The notes under the pieces are model-generated. The model did not search any database and was not told the origin of the DNA. It worked only from the letters and a program-made list of their open reading frames with translations. From the NCBI RefSeq assembly GCF_036321535.1, contig NC_087437.1, forward strand, positions 32,366,001 to 32,430,000: a stretch of 64,000 nt of DNA, in the 5' to 3' direction. Made by a program: the position numbers and the translations under genes. This stretch comes from Camelus dromedarius. Its lineage: Eukaryota. This document shows, one piece after another, positions 1-11,480 of the stretch (within the stretch, counting starts at the first letter, position 1; each line of letters begins with the position of its first letter).

Positions 1-845
1 AATAGCAAATAAACACATGAAAAGATTCTCAGCTTCATTAGTCATCAGCGAAATGAAAGTAAAGTCACAATGAGATGCCACTACATACCAACTAGAATGG
101 CTAAAATTTAAGACTGAAAATGGAAGGTGTTAGCAAGGATATGAAACAACTGGAGCTGTCATACACCGCTGGTAGGAGGGCGAAATTGTACAGCCATTTT
201 GGAGAGCAGCTTGGCAGTGTCTTAGAAAGTTAAACATAGCAAGTACCATATAACTCAGCAATCACAGTCCTGTGTTTTCTACCCAAAAAGAATAAACGAA
301 TATGTCCATTTATAAAAAAAGAAAAAAAACTTGCATGTAAATGTTCATAGCAATTTTATTTATAATAGCCAAAATCCAGAAATAACCCAAATGTCCATCA
401 GTTGGCAAATGGTTAAACAAATTATGGTATATAAAATAATAAAAATAAATGAATCAGTGATACACATAGCACAATTTTTAAAAAATTACTGATACAAAGC
501 AATATGAAAAGGAGCATACTACTGATACAATAACATGGATGACTCTCAAAAGCATTATGCAAAGTGAAAGAAGGCAGATATTAGACTATATTATATGAGT
601 CCATAAACATGAAATCCTAGAAAAGGGACAGAAAGCAGATCAATGGTTGCTAGGGAGTGGGGCTGTGGGGAGAGGATTGACTGCAGAAAGTCACTAGGGA
701 AATGGAAATGCTTTATATTGTGGCCATGGTGGTTACACAAATGCATATATCTATCAAATCTCATTAAATTATACACTTAAAATTGGTAATTTTATTGTAT
801 GTAAATATACCTCATAAACATTTTTGAAAAAAATAAAGTGAAATA
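1..845 (+). mobile_element. Old L1 (L1MC/MD/ME-like) ORF2 3' end and 3'UTR fragment, degenerate
   Basis: Typical L1 3' motifs: cacatgaaaagattctcagcttcattagtcatc, aacccaaatgtccatca, ggatgactctcaaaagcattatgc; A-rich end near 825-845. Confidence 0.85.
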
Positions 846-908
846 AAATTTAAAACAATGAGACAAAAACTGAGCTTATTTGTCACTACTTGGTCCCAAG
901 TTAAAAGA

Positions 909-931
909 ATATATATATATATATATATATA
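909..931. repeat. (TA)n microsatellite
   Basis: Direct reading of the sequence. Confidence 0.9.
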
Positions 932-1099
932 TGAAGTTCTTTAGACAAAAGGAGAGTTTTTCACAAGAAAAAGAATATAATACCATATTGGAAACACAAA
1001 AGATCAGATAGATTAATGGAGTTAAAGAGTTCTAAGGTCCTTTCATTCTTCAGGAAATGTAAAAAATATAATTTGTATTCAAGTTTATAAGTTGAGGAT

Positions 1100-1928
1100 A
1101 CACATAATTTTAAGATAAACTCCAACAAATCTTTAAGAAATAAAAACACAGACAACTGAGCAAAACATCTGAAATAAGCACATCTAAAAAGATATCCAAA
1201 TGGCCAACAAGTATATGAAAAAGTGTTCACCCTGTGAGTCATCAGAGAAATACAAATTAAAAACACAAGGAACAACAACTACATATTTACCCACCAAAAT
1301 GGCTAAAATGTAGAAAAAAGATCAAGGGTTGGCAAAGCTATGAAGTAAATGAAACTTTTCTACCGTGCTGGCTGGAGTATAAACCAGGGCAACAATTCTG
1401 GAAAAGTGGTTGGCAACAGGGACTAAAGTTAAACACATGCATAGCTTATGAACCAACAAGTCCACTCTAAAATACACATTCAATAGAAATGTGAACATAA
1501 AAGTCATGTTCAAGAATACTATAGAAAAAAGAGCTTCAGTCATAATAGACAAAAACCAGAATGAACTAAATGCCTATTGATGGAAGAAAGGATAAGTAAA
1601 TTGTGGTATACCCACAAAATGGAATACTATACAGTGATGAAAATGAATGTTCTGCTACAAACATCAACATGAATGAATCTCACAAAAGTAATGCTGAGTG
1701 AAAAACACCAGACATAATGGAGTACATACTGTATGATTTCATATGTATAAAGTTCAACAACAGGCACCAATCTAAGGTGTTAGAAGTTGGAATACTAGTT
1801 ATATTTGAGGAGGCATGAGTGGATTATAACATGGAAGAGGCACAAACAGAGGTATCTGGGGGTTGGTAATTCTATGTTGCTTATTCTGGATTGTGATTAC
1901 CTGAGTATATTCACTTTGTGATAATTAA
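1100..1928 (+). mobile_element. Old L1ME-like 3' fragment, interrupted by an LTR; resumes at ~2808-2865
   Basis: aaatggccaacaagtatatgaaaaagtgttcacc, aatggaatactatacagtgatgaaaatgaa, gaatgaatctcacaaaagtaatgctgagtgaaa; the terminal motif cttaggatctgtgcacttttctctatgtacactatacttc continues after the LTR. Confidence 0.8.
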
Positions 1929-2807
1929 CATAATAAACAATATTGGTGTCTGACACAGATCCTCTTTACTCAGTATATCCTTCCTTAGCTCCTGTAAGTG
2001 TTGGCTACTAGCAGCTCACAGCTGCACCCTTGTTCTGAGAATCAGTCTAGACCAAAAGAAGTGGTTTCCCTTGGAAACACTCCCAAGGTTGTGCCTTCCT
2101 AACAGGGTGATCCACAGCCAAAGGTTGAGTGATGCAGAAGTGCAAAAGCCAGGTCCCTTGGGATCACAAAACTAGACATTAGCTGAGTTGGGAGATAATT
2201 CCCCATGGGTCTTTCACATTTCTGCACATCTTGTGAGCCAGAGGCACTGACCACCTTTGTTCTGCTTGATCCTTACAAGGTTGTCCATAGAGTGATCACC
2301 CTTGAAAGGTAAAAACAGTATCTCCCTGGAACAAAGGGTAAGTTTGTTTACTGTCCAGTATAATAAAGATAGTATCTCCCTCCAGGGCAAAGTTCAGACA
2401 GGTTCCTTCCCATTATAAAAGATTCAGTTTCCCTAAGTTTGGGCTCCTCTCCTGTAACAACCCACTGACTGTGTGGCATTACTGGCCCCACTCTAACATC
2501 ATATGGGATGTGAGGCTCAGGGAACCAGTACAGACGCTGATCCTCTGCCTGCTACTATTGCTGTTAGTAATAAAGCCCTTCATCTCTGACCCTCAAGTCT
2601 GTTGGCATCTGTGAAACTGAGGCAGGCTAATTTGTTACCTTGCAGATAAGATAAAATCTCCCAGCCGTCCCAGCTCTTTACATCTTCTGCCACTTCTCCT
2701 GCTTCACTTTTCCTGTCCTCTTACAGGTTTCAGCTGCATGCACTCCCTTACTAAATCTCATAAATAAAAATCTCCGTATCAGGTTCTAGGGAATCTTTTC
2801 TAAAACA
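1929..2807 (+). mobile_element. LTR16-like ERVL solo LTR, split by an LTR47-like insertion
   Basis: Matches recalled LTR16A segments (cagatcc, gtgttggctactagcagctcacagctg, cccaaggtt, aatctccgtatcagg...taaaaca end). Confidence 0.7.
2186..2682 (+). mobile_element. LTR47-like ERVL solo LTR
   Basis: Starts gttgggagataattccccatgggtct...gaggcactgac...ctttgttctg, has internal AATAAA (~2569) and ends ...tttaCA, as in the recalled LTR47A consensus. Confidence 0.7.
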
Positions 2808-3166
2808 ATACAGTTGTAGACTTAGGATCTGTGCACTTTTCTCTATGTACACTATACTTCTACTTTTTCCAACAGCTGATATAAATATATAAAAATAGTT
2901 CATATAAATACCTAAAAATATAAATATAAACTAGAGGGTAGAGCATGGATTAGAGTAGGAGGAGATTGGAGTAAAAACGTCCAGTTGAAAGTATACTATT
3001 AGAGAAAAAAAAATAACCAGCTACTAATCACCCTAAAAAATTAAAGTCTATTATTAGAGTCTGGATTAGAGAAAACTAAAATCTGACTGAGGGAGTAGCA
3101 CATCAATAGAGATAAAAGAGTAGATATCCTAACATTAATATCAAAAGATACTTAAATGATAGGATG

Positions 3167-3269
3167 CAGGTTGATATACAAAATATTTAACAACTTGCAT
3201 GTATGGACGCTGACCCATCAGAATGCTCTGGCAGAACTGGTGCCTGGAGGCAAAATATCGCCAAGTCTG
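3167..3269. mobile_element. MER63-like hAT DNA transposon remnant
   Basis: caggttgatatacaaaatatttaacaac...ctgacccatcagaatg resembles the recalled MER63A terminal sequence. Confidence 0.6.
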
Positions 3270-3274
3270 ATACA

Positions 3275-3390
3275 ACAGATAGGACTTAACTGGGTGAACT
3301 CAATGAGTGAGAAGTGAATTGAGATGTCTCTAAAGTTTTCAGCTTGGTGACAAAGAGAATAATGTTGCCTTTAACTAAGATGGGTAGCAT
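3275..3390 (-). mobile_element. L2 remnant
   Basis: gatgtctctaaagttttcagcttggtgac...gttgcctttaactaagatggg is a typical L2 antisense motif. Confidence 0.5.
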
Positions 3391-4101
3391 CATTTCCATT
3401 TACATAATCTCAATTATTTGATTTTCACACAAATGACTGCCAAATCTCTCTGACTCTTCTGAAAATCAGAATTATCTGAATATCTTATTCCACACACGCA
3501 ATTTAGAATGAGATGTGTTTTTCATTTTAAAAATATTTTAAAAATCACACCAATTAGGAGCCATAAAGAAAGGAATGTAGACCAATAAAGTAAGCCACCT
3601 TGACAGATGATGTATCACTTTTAATCACACAGCACATGCGGCTGCCAATTGCTATTTTTTTCTGTTAAAGCACACTTTACAAATCATTTGGCTTTTTCAC
3701 AGATCTTCCTAAGGCAGCATAAAAGCAGCTGGATTTTATGGAGTGAGACTCTGAATTGCTAATTCACAGTCTTTTGCCATATATCCCCTTTTAATGCAAA
3801 CAGCTCAGAATTAACTCTCCTTAAACGATTAAGAACCTATGGCTTTCCATCTTCCCTTCTCCATAATTACCAGTATCTTTTAAAGAGGAAAGTGTGTTTT
3901 CTGTTCATTAACGGTAATACTACCTAGAAAGACCAATCAGTAAGTCCATGATCCGCCAGTCACTGTGGAAGTCAAATTACCCTCTACCAGGACAAAATCA
4001 ATTAACACCACCAGGGATGTCATTATTGTCACATTATGTCACCCGATAGTCTCCAGGGCCTATAAGTGATTTAAATTTTTCTTTTTTACTGCTATGATTC
4101 C

Positions 4102-4104
4102 TGT

Positions 4105-4173
<69 letters not shown>

Positions 4174-4202
4174 AAAGAGAGAGAGAGAGAGATGTGTGTG
4201 TG
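4102..4202. repeat. Compound (TG)n(GA)n(TG)n microsatellite
   Basis: About 31 uninterrupted TG units at 4110-4171, followed by a GA tract. Confidence 0.95.
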
Positions 4203-4630
4203 GGAGGGGAGGAATAAGCTTCATATTAACAAGGGAAATTAATTTTATGACATAAAAAATGAAGCCACTGTTTTAGATCTTTGGGAGAAAATGGTTTTAC
4301 AGTAGGATAACTCTGAGGCCTAAAAGATTTCTCGTACTTAAGTATATTTCAAAGATTTGCTTAAACAAAAGCCACGTTGGCTGGAGTCATGAGGCACTTT
4401 CCTCAGTGCAGAGTAAGCAACGGCTGGAAATCTATCAAACCAACGCAAACTACAAAGCAGTCAGAAGTCCAAGAGGCCAAAGCTGTGATTGCTCTTCTAG
4501 TAAAGTCAGCTTGTTTCCCATCATGAAAAATAATATAATTCTAGTTTTTCAAAGTTAGACATATGTCAGAAAAGAGGGTGAAATAAGTGTCTGGCAGAAC
4601 CAGATCTCATTTGGGAGGGCCAGAACTCAC

Positions 4631-4863
4631 GCTATGAATTCCACGGACATGTCATGAGCAGGGGGTCTAATAGTCTGCATCTTCAGAACTGTTCCAGTTG
4701 CTTCGTCTGAAGGGTGGTTGGCTCAGTAGCCAAGAAAACCCCATTTGACATCATTCTCTTCTGACAGTTGTCTTATTCTTCCCCATTTCCTTAACTTCTC
4801 ATCACTCATGGTGAATATTAAATGGGATCTGAGTTTGGTTTTGTTTTTTTATCATAGTAGTCT
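4631..4863 (-). other. Candidate exon (donor AGC|GTGAGT; possible acceptor ttcctttctgatag|)
   Basis: Splice-site motifs in unique sequence; the last open frame reads MQTIRPPAHDMSVEFI up to the donor; no recognised homology. Confidence 0.3.
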
Positions 4864-6329
4864 CTATCAGAAAGGAATACAAAATTCCCAAGTAAATTAA
4901 GTAGAATGCTTTAAAATGGCTGGTTTCCTTTTTAAAAAGTAGATCCAACTTCTGTATTTTGGCCTCCATCAGGGGGTATTTAATTAAGTCTATTCTGTCT
5001 AACATGATCTGATGTCATTGTACAAGGATATGTTCTTTGTTAGCAGCGCTCTTAGTTTCAGACTCCTCTGTGTATTTGAAACCATGGTAACAGAGCAGTA
5101 AGCTAAAGCCAATGAGATAATGAGATATTCTCATTGTAATTGTGTTTCATGAGGGCACAAGATCCCACGGGTGGTATCTGACTGTCTTACAACTGCTAAC
5201 AGAATTTAAGAAGCAGACATATATTAGCATGGTACCATTTTCCATAACAGCCATGTAAACATTTGTGACATGGCATTTTTAGCTGTTTCCAGCACATGAA
5301 AGTATGTAATGTGCATTTATGTCACCAAAAGCCACACAATTAATGAATATCAATATTTAAAAATCCATAGAACTTCAAGGAACTTCAGATTTGAAATGCA
5401 CCAAGCAGGCTGTGGGAATGCGGTTTTGCATTATAATTATGAGCTGGGCTATGGTTTATGAGGGGAGAAATCCATCAAAGCAAAGAAAAAGAGAGCAGCT
5501 AGCCCTTCTTCACCTCCCAACCAACCCACACGCACATCCTGAAGGAGGAACGAAACTAACCCTAAGCAGGGTTCCCTGCGTTTTTTAGGAGGAAAGCCAA
5601 GCTGGGGGTTTCTAAAAACATTTTACTTTTAAAAGAGAAAAAAGAAACATTTGGAGAATAAAACCAAAATATTTACACGCCTTCTCTTCTTCTGAACTAA
5701 AATCCAAAAGGGGAACACCTCACTTTTGAGTTCCTTCTATTCTGTCACTGTTTGAAGTTTCCCCACAGTTTTCATTTGAGTTGCAGATTTTATGCACAAG
5801 TCACTGAATCCATGTTCTCCATCCTGATGAGGTTGCCCTAACAGGCATTGTGTCTTTTAATAAATAATTTAAAACCAAAAAGAGAAAGCACAATATAGAA
5901 TGACTGGTTGATTCAAGCAGGGCTAAGACTTAGTCTTCATGTCACCGGCACCTCCCACCAGGAGCCGTGCTTGAAGAAAGAACTGACCTGAGAATGTGCA
6001 TTTTGTCAGCTTTGTGACACCAGTGGCTCATGGGACAGAGATGGACCAACCTCACTGCCACTTTCTAGTCAAGGAATTAGCTTGCTTTCCCCTTCATGGA
6101 CAAGGGGTGTCACTTTTCGGTTTTTTAAATGTACTACTGCCATTTCTAAAATGCTTTGGCATAGGGAGCTAAATTGGTATGAAAATCATATTAAGAGAGA
6201 AAGGGAAGTTGGTTTTCTTGAAAGTCATTCAAGTGCCTACAGTTTGGGGGTAAGAGTTCTCTTTCAATCTGCAGTAGCCACATTCAACTTTGAACGTCAC
6301 TCAAAGACAGACAGTTCTTTCTTCTTCTG

Positions 6330-6373
6330 GTGTGTGTGTATATGTGTGTGTGTGTGTCTCTGTGTGTGTGTGT
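6330..6373. repeat. Imperfect (TG)n microsatellite
   Basis: Direct reading of the sequence. Confidence 0.9.
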
Positions 6374-6495
6374 GATGCACATGTGTAGCTGGGAAATGAA
6401 ATCTATGCCATAAGTGGTTATACAGACATAAAATGTCACAGTACTGGAGAATATGGTCTTCGTCTCTGTGAGATAAGGGTGGCCTCATCACTCAC

Positions 6496-6544
6496 GGCTG
6501 CTGCAGCAAAACTAAACCAGAAGTGGCTAATGAGGCCACCCCTA
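6496..6544 (-). other. Candidate small exon (49 or 46 nt) inside a hairpin
   Basis: Acceptor ttatctccccacag|tag| (NAGNAG) and donor GCC|GTGAGT. Confidence 0.35.
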
Positions 6545-7699
6545 CTGTGGGGAGATAACTTCTATATCTGAGCTGTCATGACCCATTAGGTCCTCACTAC
6601 CTGTTCTTGGATGTGTCTCCCAGCCAGCCCTAAGGACTGTAGAGTCATTTTTATTATTATTTCTACATCTGAAAGGGGGAGACCTTGCTTTCTTTAAAAC
6701 TCCTTCTTGTTCTTGAAAAACAGGAAATGGTTGTCAGGTTCGCAAAGCACCCTCTGGGTGCCATGTTGAAATGTTCAGTGAAGAGTTTGTTTAAAAATGG
6801 TTAAAATTATTCCAAAATGGCTTTACTTGTGAAAGCTTGGAAATGGGCTACTGTATTTTAATCTAGATAGGGTTTATAGGAGTTTTTTAGTTAGCCTAGG
6901 CTATTACTAGTTTTAGAGTATGAGACAAGAAATAAGAGATGAAATGTTTTTAAAACATTGGAATCAAAAAAGTATTGCTTATAAAACACATTTTGTAATG
7001 TACTTTCTTCAGTTTCAAGTGTTTTAACACCAAAACTTAGCCTGAGAATAGCAGCTGTCTACAGAAGCTGATTCTGTTTTGTTTAAATGATAGCCAGAGG
7101 CCAGCATTGATTTTTCCCCCCTCACATCCCTTGCCTTCTACCCTGACTGGAGCCAACATTTCTAGGTTAAAAAAAAAAAAAAAAAAGACTGGAGAGGGGT
7201 GAGGAAGGAGATGGTGTGTGTGGTGGAGGGACAAAATCTACATTTTACTGAGTAGCATGGAGCAGGCAGAATGACATAAAGGAGGGAGTCAGAAATTAGC
7301 AGTCCAGGCCTGTGGTTCCCAGATGCGGGGGCAAAACGAAATGACTTTAGAGAAATGCAATCGAGGTGATGGGTGAGCAGTAAGCAATAACTGATTGCAT
7401 ATGGACAAAGGCAGCAAAACGTCTGCCTTTGTGAAGAGAGGCACCGACCAGCACCTTTCCGCATCCCCATCCCAGAATTTCAGAGGCAGTGGGCGCTGTG
7501 GGTGAAACATCCTCCCAGTTCCTTATTAAGTGGGAGAATCTGCCATATTGGCCAAATATGCCTCTCAGACAGACACTTTACAGCCATGACTTGGAACAAA
7601 GCTGCTGTTTCTGCAGACAGAGGTTAGTGGTGCTTGGAGAAGAAAGAGCCACCAGGGCCAGAACAAACAAGACTGGCCCTCAGTAGGGAGGGTGGGGGT

Positions 7700-7930
7700 A
7701 GGAGCAAGAGCACTGGACTTTGGGGCCCAACAAACCAAAGCATAGGGCTTTGGGTCCTGGGTTCCCTGTTTAAAAGCTAGGTGAGTTCAACCCATAAAAA
7801 CATAAATACACAAATAATACCTACTTTACAGTGCTGCTGTAAGAATGATATGAAAGAATACATATTGGAATATATATGCATAGATGCACAGAATATTTTT
7901 GAGTGACTGGCACAATCCAGGGAGCACATA
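7700..7930 (+). mobile_element. MIR SINE remnant
   Basis: caagagcactggactttgggg...aataatacctactttacagtgctgctgtaagaat. Confidence 0.6.
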
Positions 7931-9374
7931 TGTGGACCTCTTCTCCTTTCTTCTGGAGGGAAAAAGGCAATTATGGAGCTGCTCCTATAGCACTACTATG
8001 AGGGTCAAATGATGACGTATTATATGAAGGACCTTGGGAATTGTAAAATACCCCGTAAATGGTGGTTAAAATAATCTTTAAATACGTTAAATTTAACATT
8101 TACATGTAGATAAATATATTTATAACATAAATGCCAATAGTATTTCAAATTTCAATTTCCTATCTCTTCATTTGAAAAAAAAAAAAAAAACAACCTACAA
8201 TAAATAAGCAAAACTTTATTTCCTAAACAAGGAGTGATTAGAGGAATAACCCGGGGATTCTTTTAGCCACCCTGCTTTGAGTCCATCACTGGGAGCCCAG
8301 CGACAGGGGAAGCAGTTGTTTTGCCAGTTTTAATGGTTCTTGGGGAGGCTAAAGGCAAAACTGTGAAAGAAAAGGGATGGGGGATGGGTCTCAAACTCAA
8401 AGCACTTTTCATCCAGGGATTAGTCTAAAAAGCCATACTTTTTTGAGGCGGGAGGACCTGACAAAAACGATTACATATGAAGTGCACTTTCCCAGTTTTA
8501 GAATGAAAAACATATTTTAATTCAAGTCAGAATGTGCTTCTAAGCTGTTAGAATTTCTACTCAAAAGACTTAAGTAGTGATTGTTCATAGGTGGAGAATG
8601 AGAAGCTTCACCAGAACTGCTCCCAGATGCTTCCGCCTTCTCTCCCATCAGACACATCAGAATCTTCCCCCTCAGATTTATGCATTTTCAGAATAAGCCA
8701 GGAATTGAGGAGAGCCCAAAGCCTGTGCCTTTTTCCTAGTCCTGACTGAGTGTCTGAAATCTCCCATTACGAACTCACTTGGGCCACAGCAGCATTAACG
8801 TCACTTGGTAAAGGGAGAGCTGACTCCTGCCCAGTGACTGCCAGTGACAGATCAGGATGAGTCAGTTTATTTGATGCTTCCTATTGCCTACCAAGATCCG
8901 GAACTGAGATACAGGACAAATAAGGCTGGACTTGTGGAAAGAGTGTCTGGCCAATTCTGGCCTGCTTTGCTCTCACTCATTCTTATATCAGAAGACTAAC
9001 TATTCTGACTGTCCTACAAAATTATTCCAACTCCATGTAAGGATGTTATAAATGTCACCCTACAATTGTTCTCTCCCCAACACAAACAAGTCTGTCCAGT
9101 AGAAACAGCCATGAACTATGGCTTGCCAACAGTCTTCCAAAATGTGAAAATTGAAAAGTGCTTCCTCAAACCGTAGCTTCTGCAGTGGAAGACCCCAGTG
9201 AGCAGGCCTAATAGGAGTGCCTTATGCTCAGGGAAGGGGCATTCATTACTCACAGGAATACCTTCTAGGAGGACCTGGAGGACCCACCTGGTCAGCAGAG
9301 TTTCTCTTTTCCTGAGCAAGTCTAGGCATAGAAGGAGCACCTGAATGCACTTCTGAGACTGTCTTTCCCAGTGA

Positions 9375-9497
9375 TCATACATAAGCTCCTCAAGGGCAAG
9401 GAGGGTGCCTATTCACTGTTGTATCCGAAACAACCAGCAGAGTACTGAGCACAAAGCTGGTGCTCAATTTGTTGAATAAATAATCAGTGAATCAATG
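9375..9497 (+). mobile_element. L2 3' end
   Basis: taagctcctcaagggcaagg...ctattcactgttgtatcc...gtgctcaatttgttgaataaataa. Confidence 0.7.
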
Positions 9498-9777
9498 AGT
9501 GTCCTATCCTATGCTTCTCCTTTTTTCTTGCAATTCCAAAAACAAAGTCAAGGTCTGCTGTTACTTTGCTACTTTTGCACTCTTCCCTTCCTCTTTTTTC
9601 ATAGGCCCAACTTCCCTCTTCTCTCTCTGTCTCTCTCTCCTCTCTCTCTCACTCATTGTCTATCTCTCTCCACCCCCCACCCCTGCCCTGCCCCGTCGTG
9701 TCTAACCCCCCAGTAAAACTGCCGACTTGTAGTTAAGAAACTGCGAGCAGAGTGGGTGAGCCCATCCGTGTTCCTAC

Positions 9778-9926
9778 CTTGCTCGGTGCATCCTAGCATT
9801 TCCTCTCCAACGCCACTCCTGATCCAAGGGGGCTGAAACCCTCATACACGTGCAACTGATTACAGCTCCACACACTGCACAACACATTCATCTTGTGAGA
9901 CTTCAATCCCAGCCAGCTACAACAAC
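9778..9926 (-). other. Candidate 149-nt exon (5'UTR or first coding exon) of an unidentified minus-strand gene
   Basis: Acceptor ttttctttgccatggtaatctcctag|G and donor AAG|GTAGGA. ATGs at 9799 (MLGCTEQ, phase 1) and 9791 (MHRA, phase 2) are open to the donor. G-runs follow downstream. Confidence 0.5.
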
Positions 9927-10874
9927 CTAGGAGATTACCATGGCAAAGAAAATTATTTTCTTTAAGTGAAGGCTGGTTGACCACCATAGTGTGGTCACAA
10001 TCACTCATTTCTCCCCCAATAAGAAGCACTAACTCAAATGTGACAAGGGCTTGTGCTCACATTCAGCCAGCTTTGTCATTTTCCTGCTGCCAGCCCAGCC
10101 TCTGAAGGAAATAGAACTCTCCGAGGTGCCTACCAAGGGAAAGGGGACTTGAAAATTCACAACCCCATTTTCTTCAAGTTCAGCACCAACATCCTAATGG
10201 AAATGAGTGTCCTTTTGCTGGAAAACCCACCAAAAGAGAGATTGGGGGACATTTTTCCTTTTCAAAGTTCAAAACTAAAATTTATAAAGATAGTTTTTAC
10301 TCCAGATCCACAACACAGAATGGAGGAACACTCAGCAAACTGAATGCATGCATTAGTAATTCAATCTTCATGGTTTGTTTGAAAGAAAAACAAAATTCTT
10401 AGGGAGAGAAAAGGCAGATTTTACCATTTAAGTTATTAACATACAAATTCTGAAAAATTGGTGAAACCCAGAAGTTCACAAATATTGAATAGATTTTGTG
10501 TTCCTGCTTGATTTTTCTTTTAGAAACAGAATTCAAGAACAACTTTTTATTGATGCAACATATTTAGTATTTTCCTGAAACATAATAGCATCTTGTCAAT
10601 TAAATAATATGAATTTCTAAACAGAAGCTATTCATTAGTCAAATACTTTGGAATTGGATGCTAAAAAAAACGCTTGATTATAATGATAAAGGACTAAAAT
10701 GCCTGCTGGGATTTACGGACATATTTCGGGTTATCCTAGAAAAGATTTCTAGGCCCAGTATTAAGAGCTTGTCTTGGGCATTTTACAGTCATCTGTGAAG
10801 AGCTGACTATAAGTAGATTGCTTCTTACAACTCTGATTCTTAGCACACCTTGAAGAAAGAGCATAAACTAAAAG

Positions 10875-11035
10875 CACAGAATTTCAGAGCTAAATGGGAC
10901 ATCAGAGGTCCTTTAGTTAAACACATTAATTTAACAGATGAAGGGGGAAAAAAGACCTAGAGAAACTAAATGGTGTGGCCAAGGTCACTCAGCTAATGAG
11001 TGGACTCTAGCCCATGTTTTCTGACTTCAGTTCCA
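10875..11035 (-). mobile_element. MIR/MIR3 remnant
   Basis: ttaacagatgaagg...ggccaaggtcactcagctaatgagtgg. Confidence 0.7.
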
Positions 11036-11264
11036 ACTAGGTTCAGAAATCACCATATCAAAACAATATGTAAACAAGTTTAGATCAACACTCAGTTATT
11101 GTTCTTAGCTTTCTTTTGCCACTTTTTAAACACTTTCCATTCTATTTTTTAAAATATATTTAGAACATGAGGGAGTACAATAAATGTTCTTATTTCATTT
11201 TACAGTTTTCAAAATTTACTCAATACATTTTCATTTAATACTTGGAATAACACTGTAGAGTACA

Positions 11265-11400
11265 AAATCTCTATTATACATGAGGGAAATGAGGCTCAGA
11301 GAGGTTTAGGGACCTGTCCAATGATACACAGTTAGACAGTGTTAGAAAGAGGCTGACCCTTGGACAGAGGAATTTTAGTGAGCAAAATTCAGTGCCTGGA
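11265..11400 (-). mobile_element. MIR remnant
   Basis: gagggaaatgaggctcagagaggtttagggacctgtccaatgatacacag. Confidence 0.75.
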
Positions 11401-11480
11401 CATCTGGGGCAAAAGTGAAAATTTAGCCAGAACTGAGGGCGTGAGAGGTGCTGAGGATTGTAATTGAAAAATAGATGCAC

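Noticed and set aside
591..1552. Minus-strand ORFs of 61-105 aa
   Set aside because: Antisense frames of L1 remnants with low-complexity F/L-rich translations.
4631..9926. Naming the host gene from the candidate exon peptides
   Set aside because: I could not match MLGCTEQ, MHRA or MQTIRPPAHDMSVEFI to any protein I reliably recall, so no symbol is assigned.
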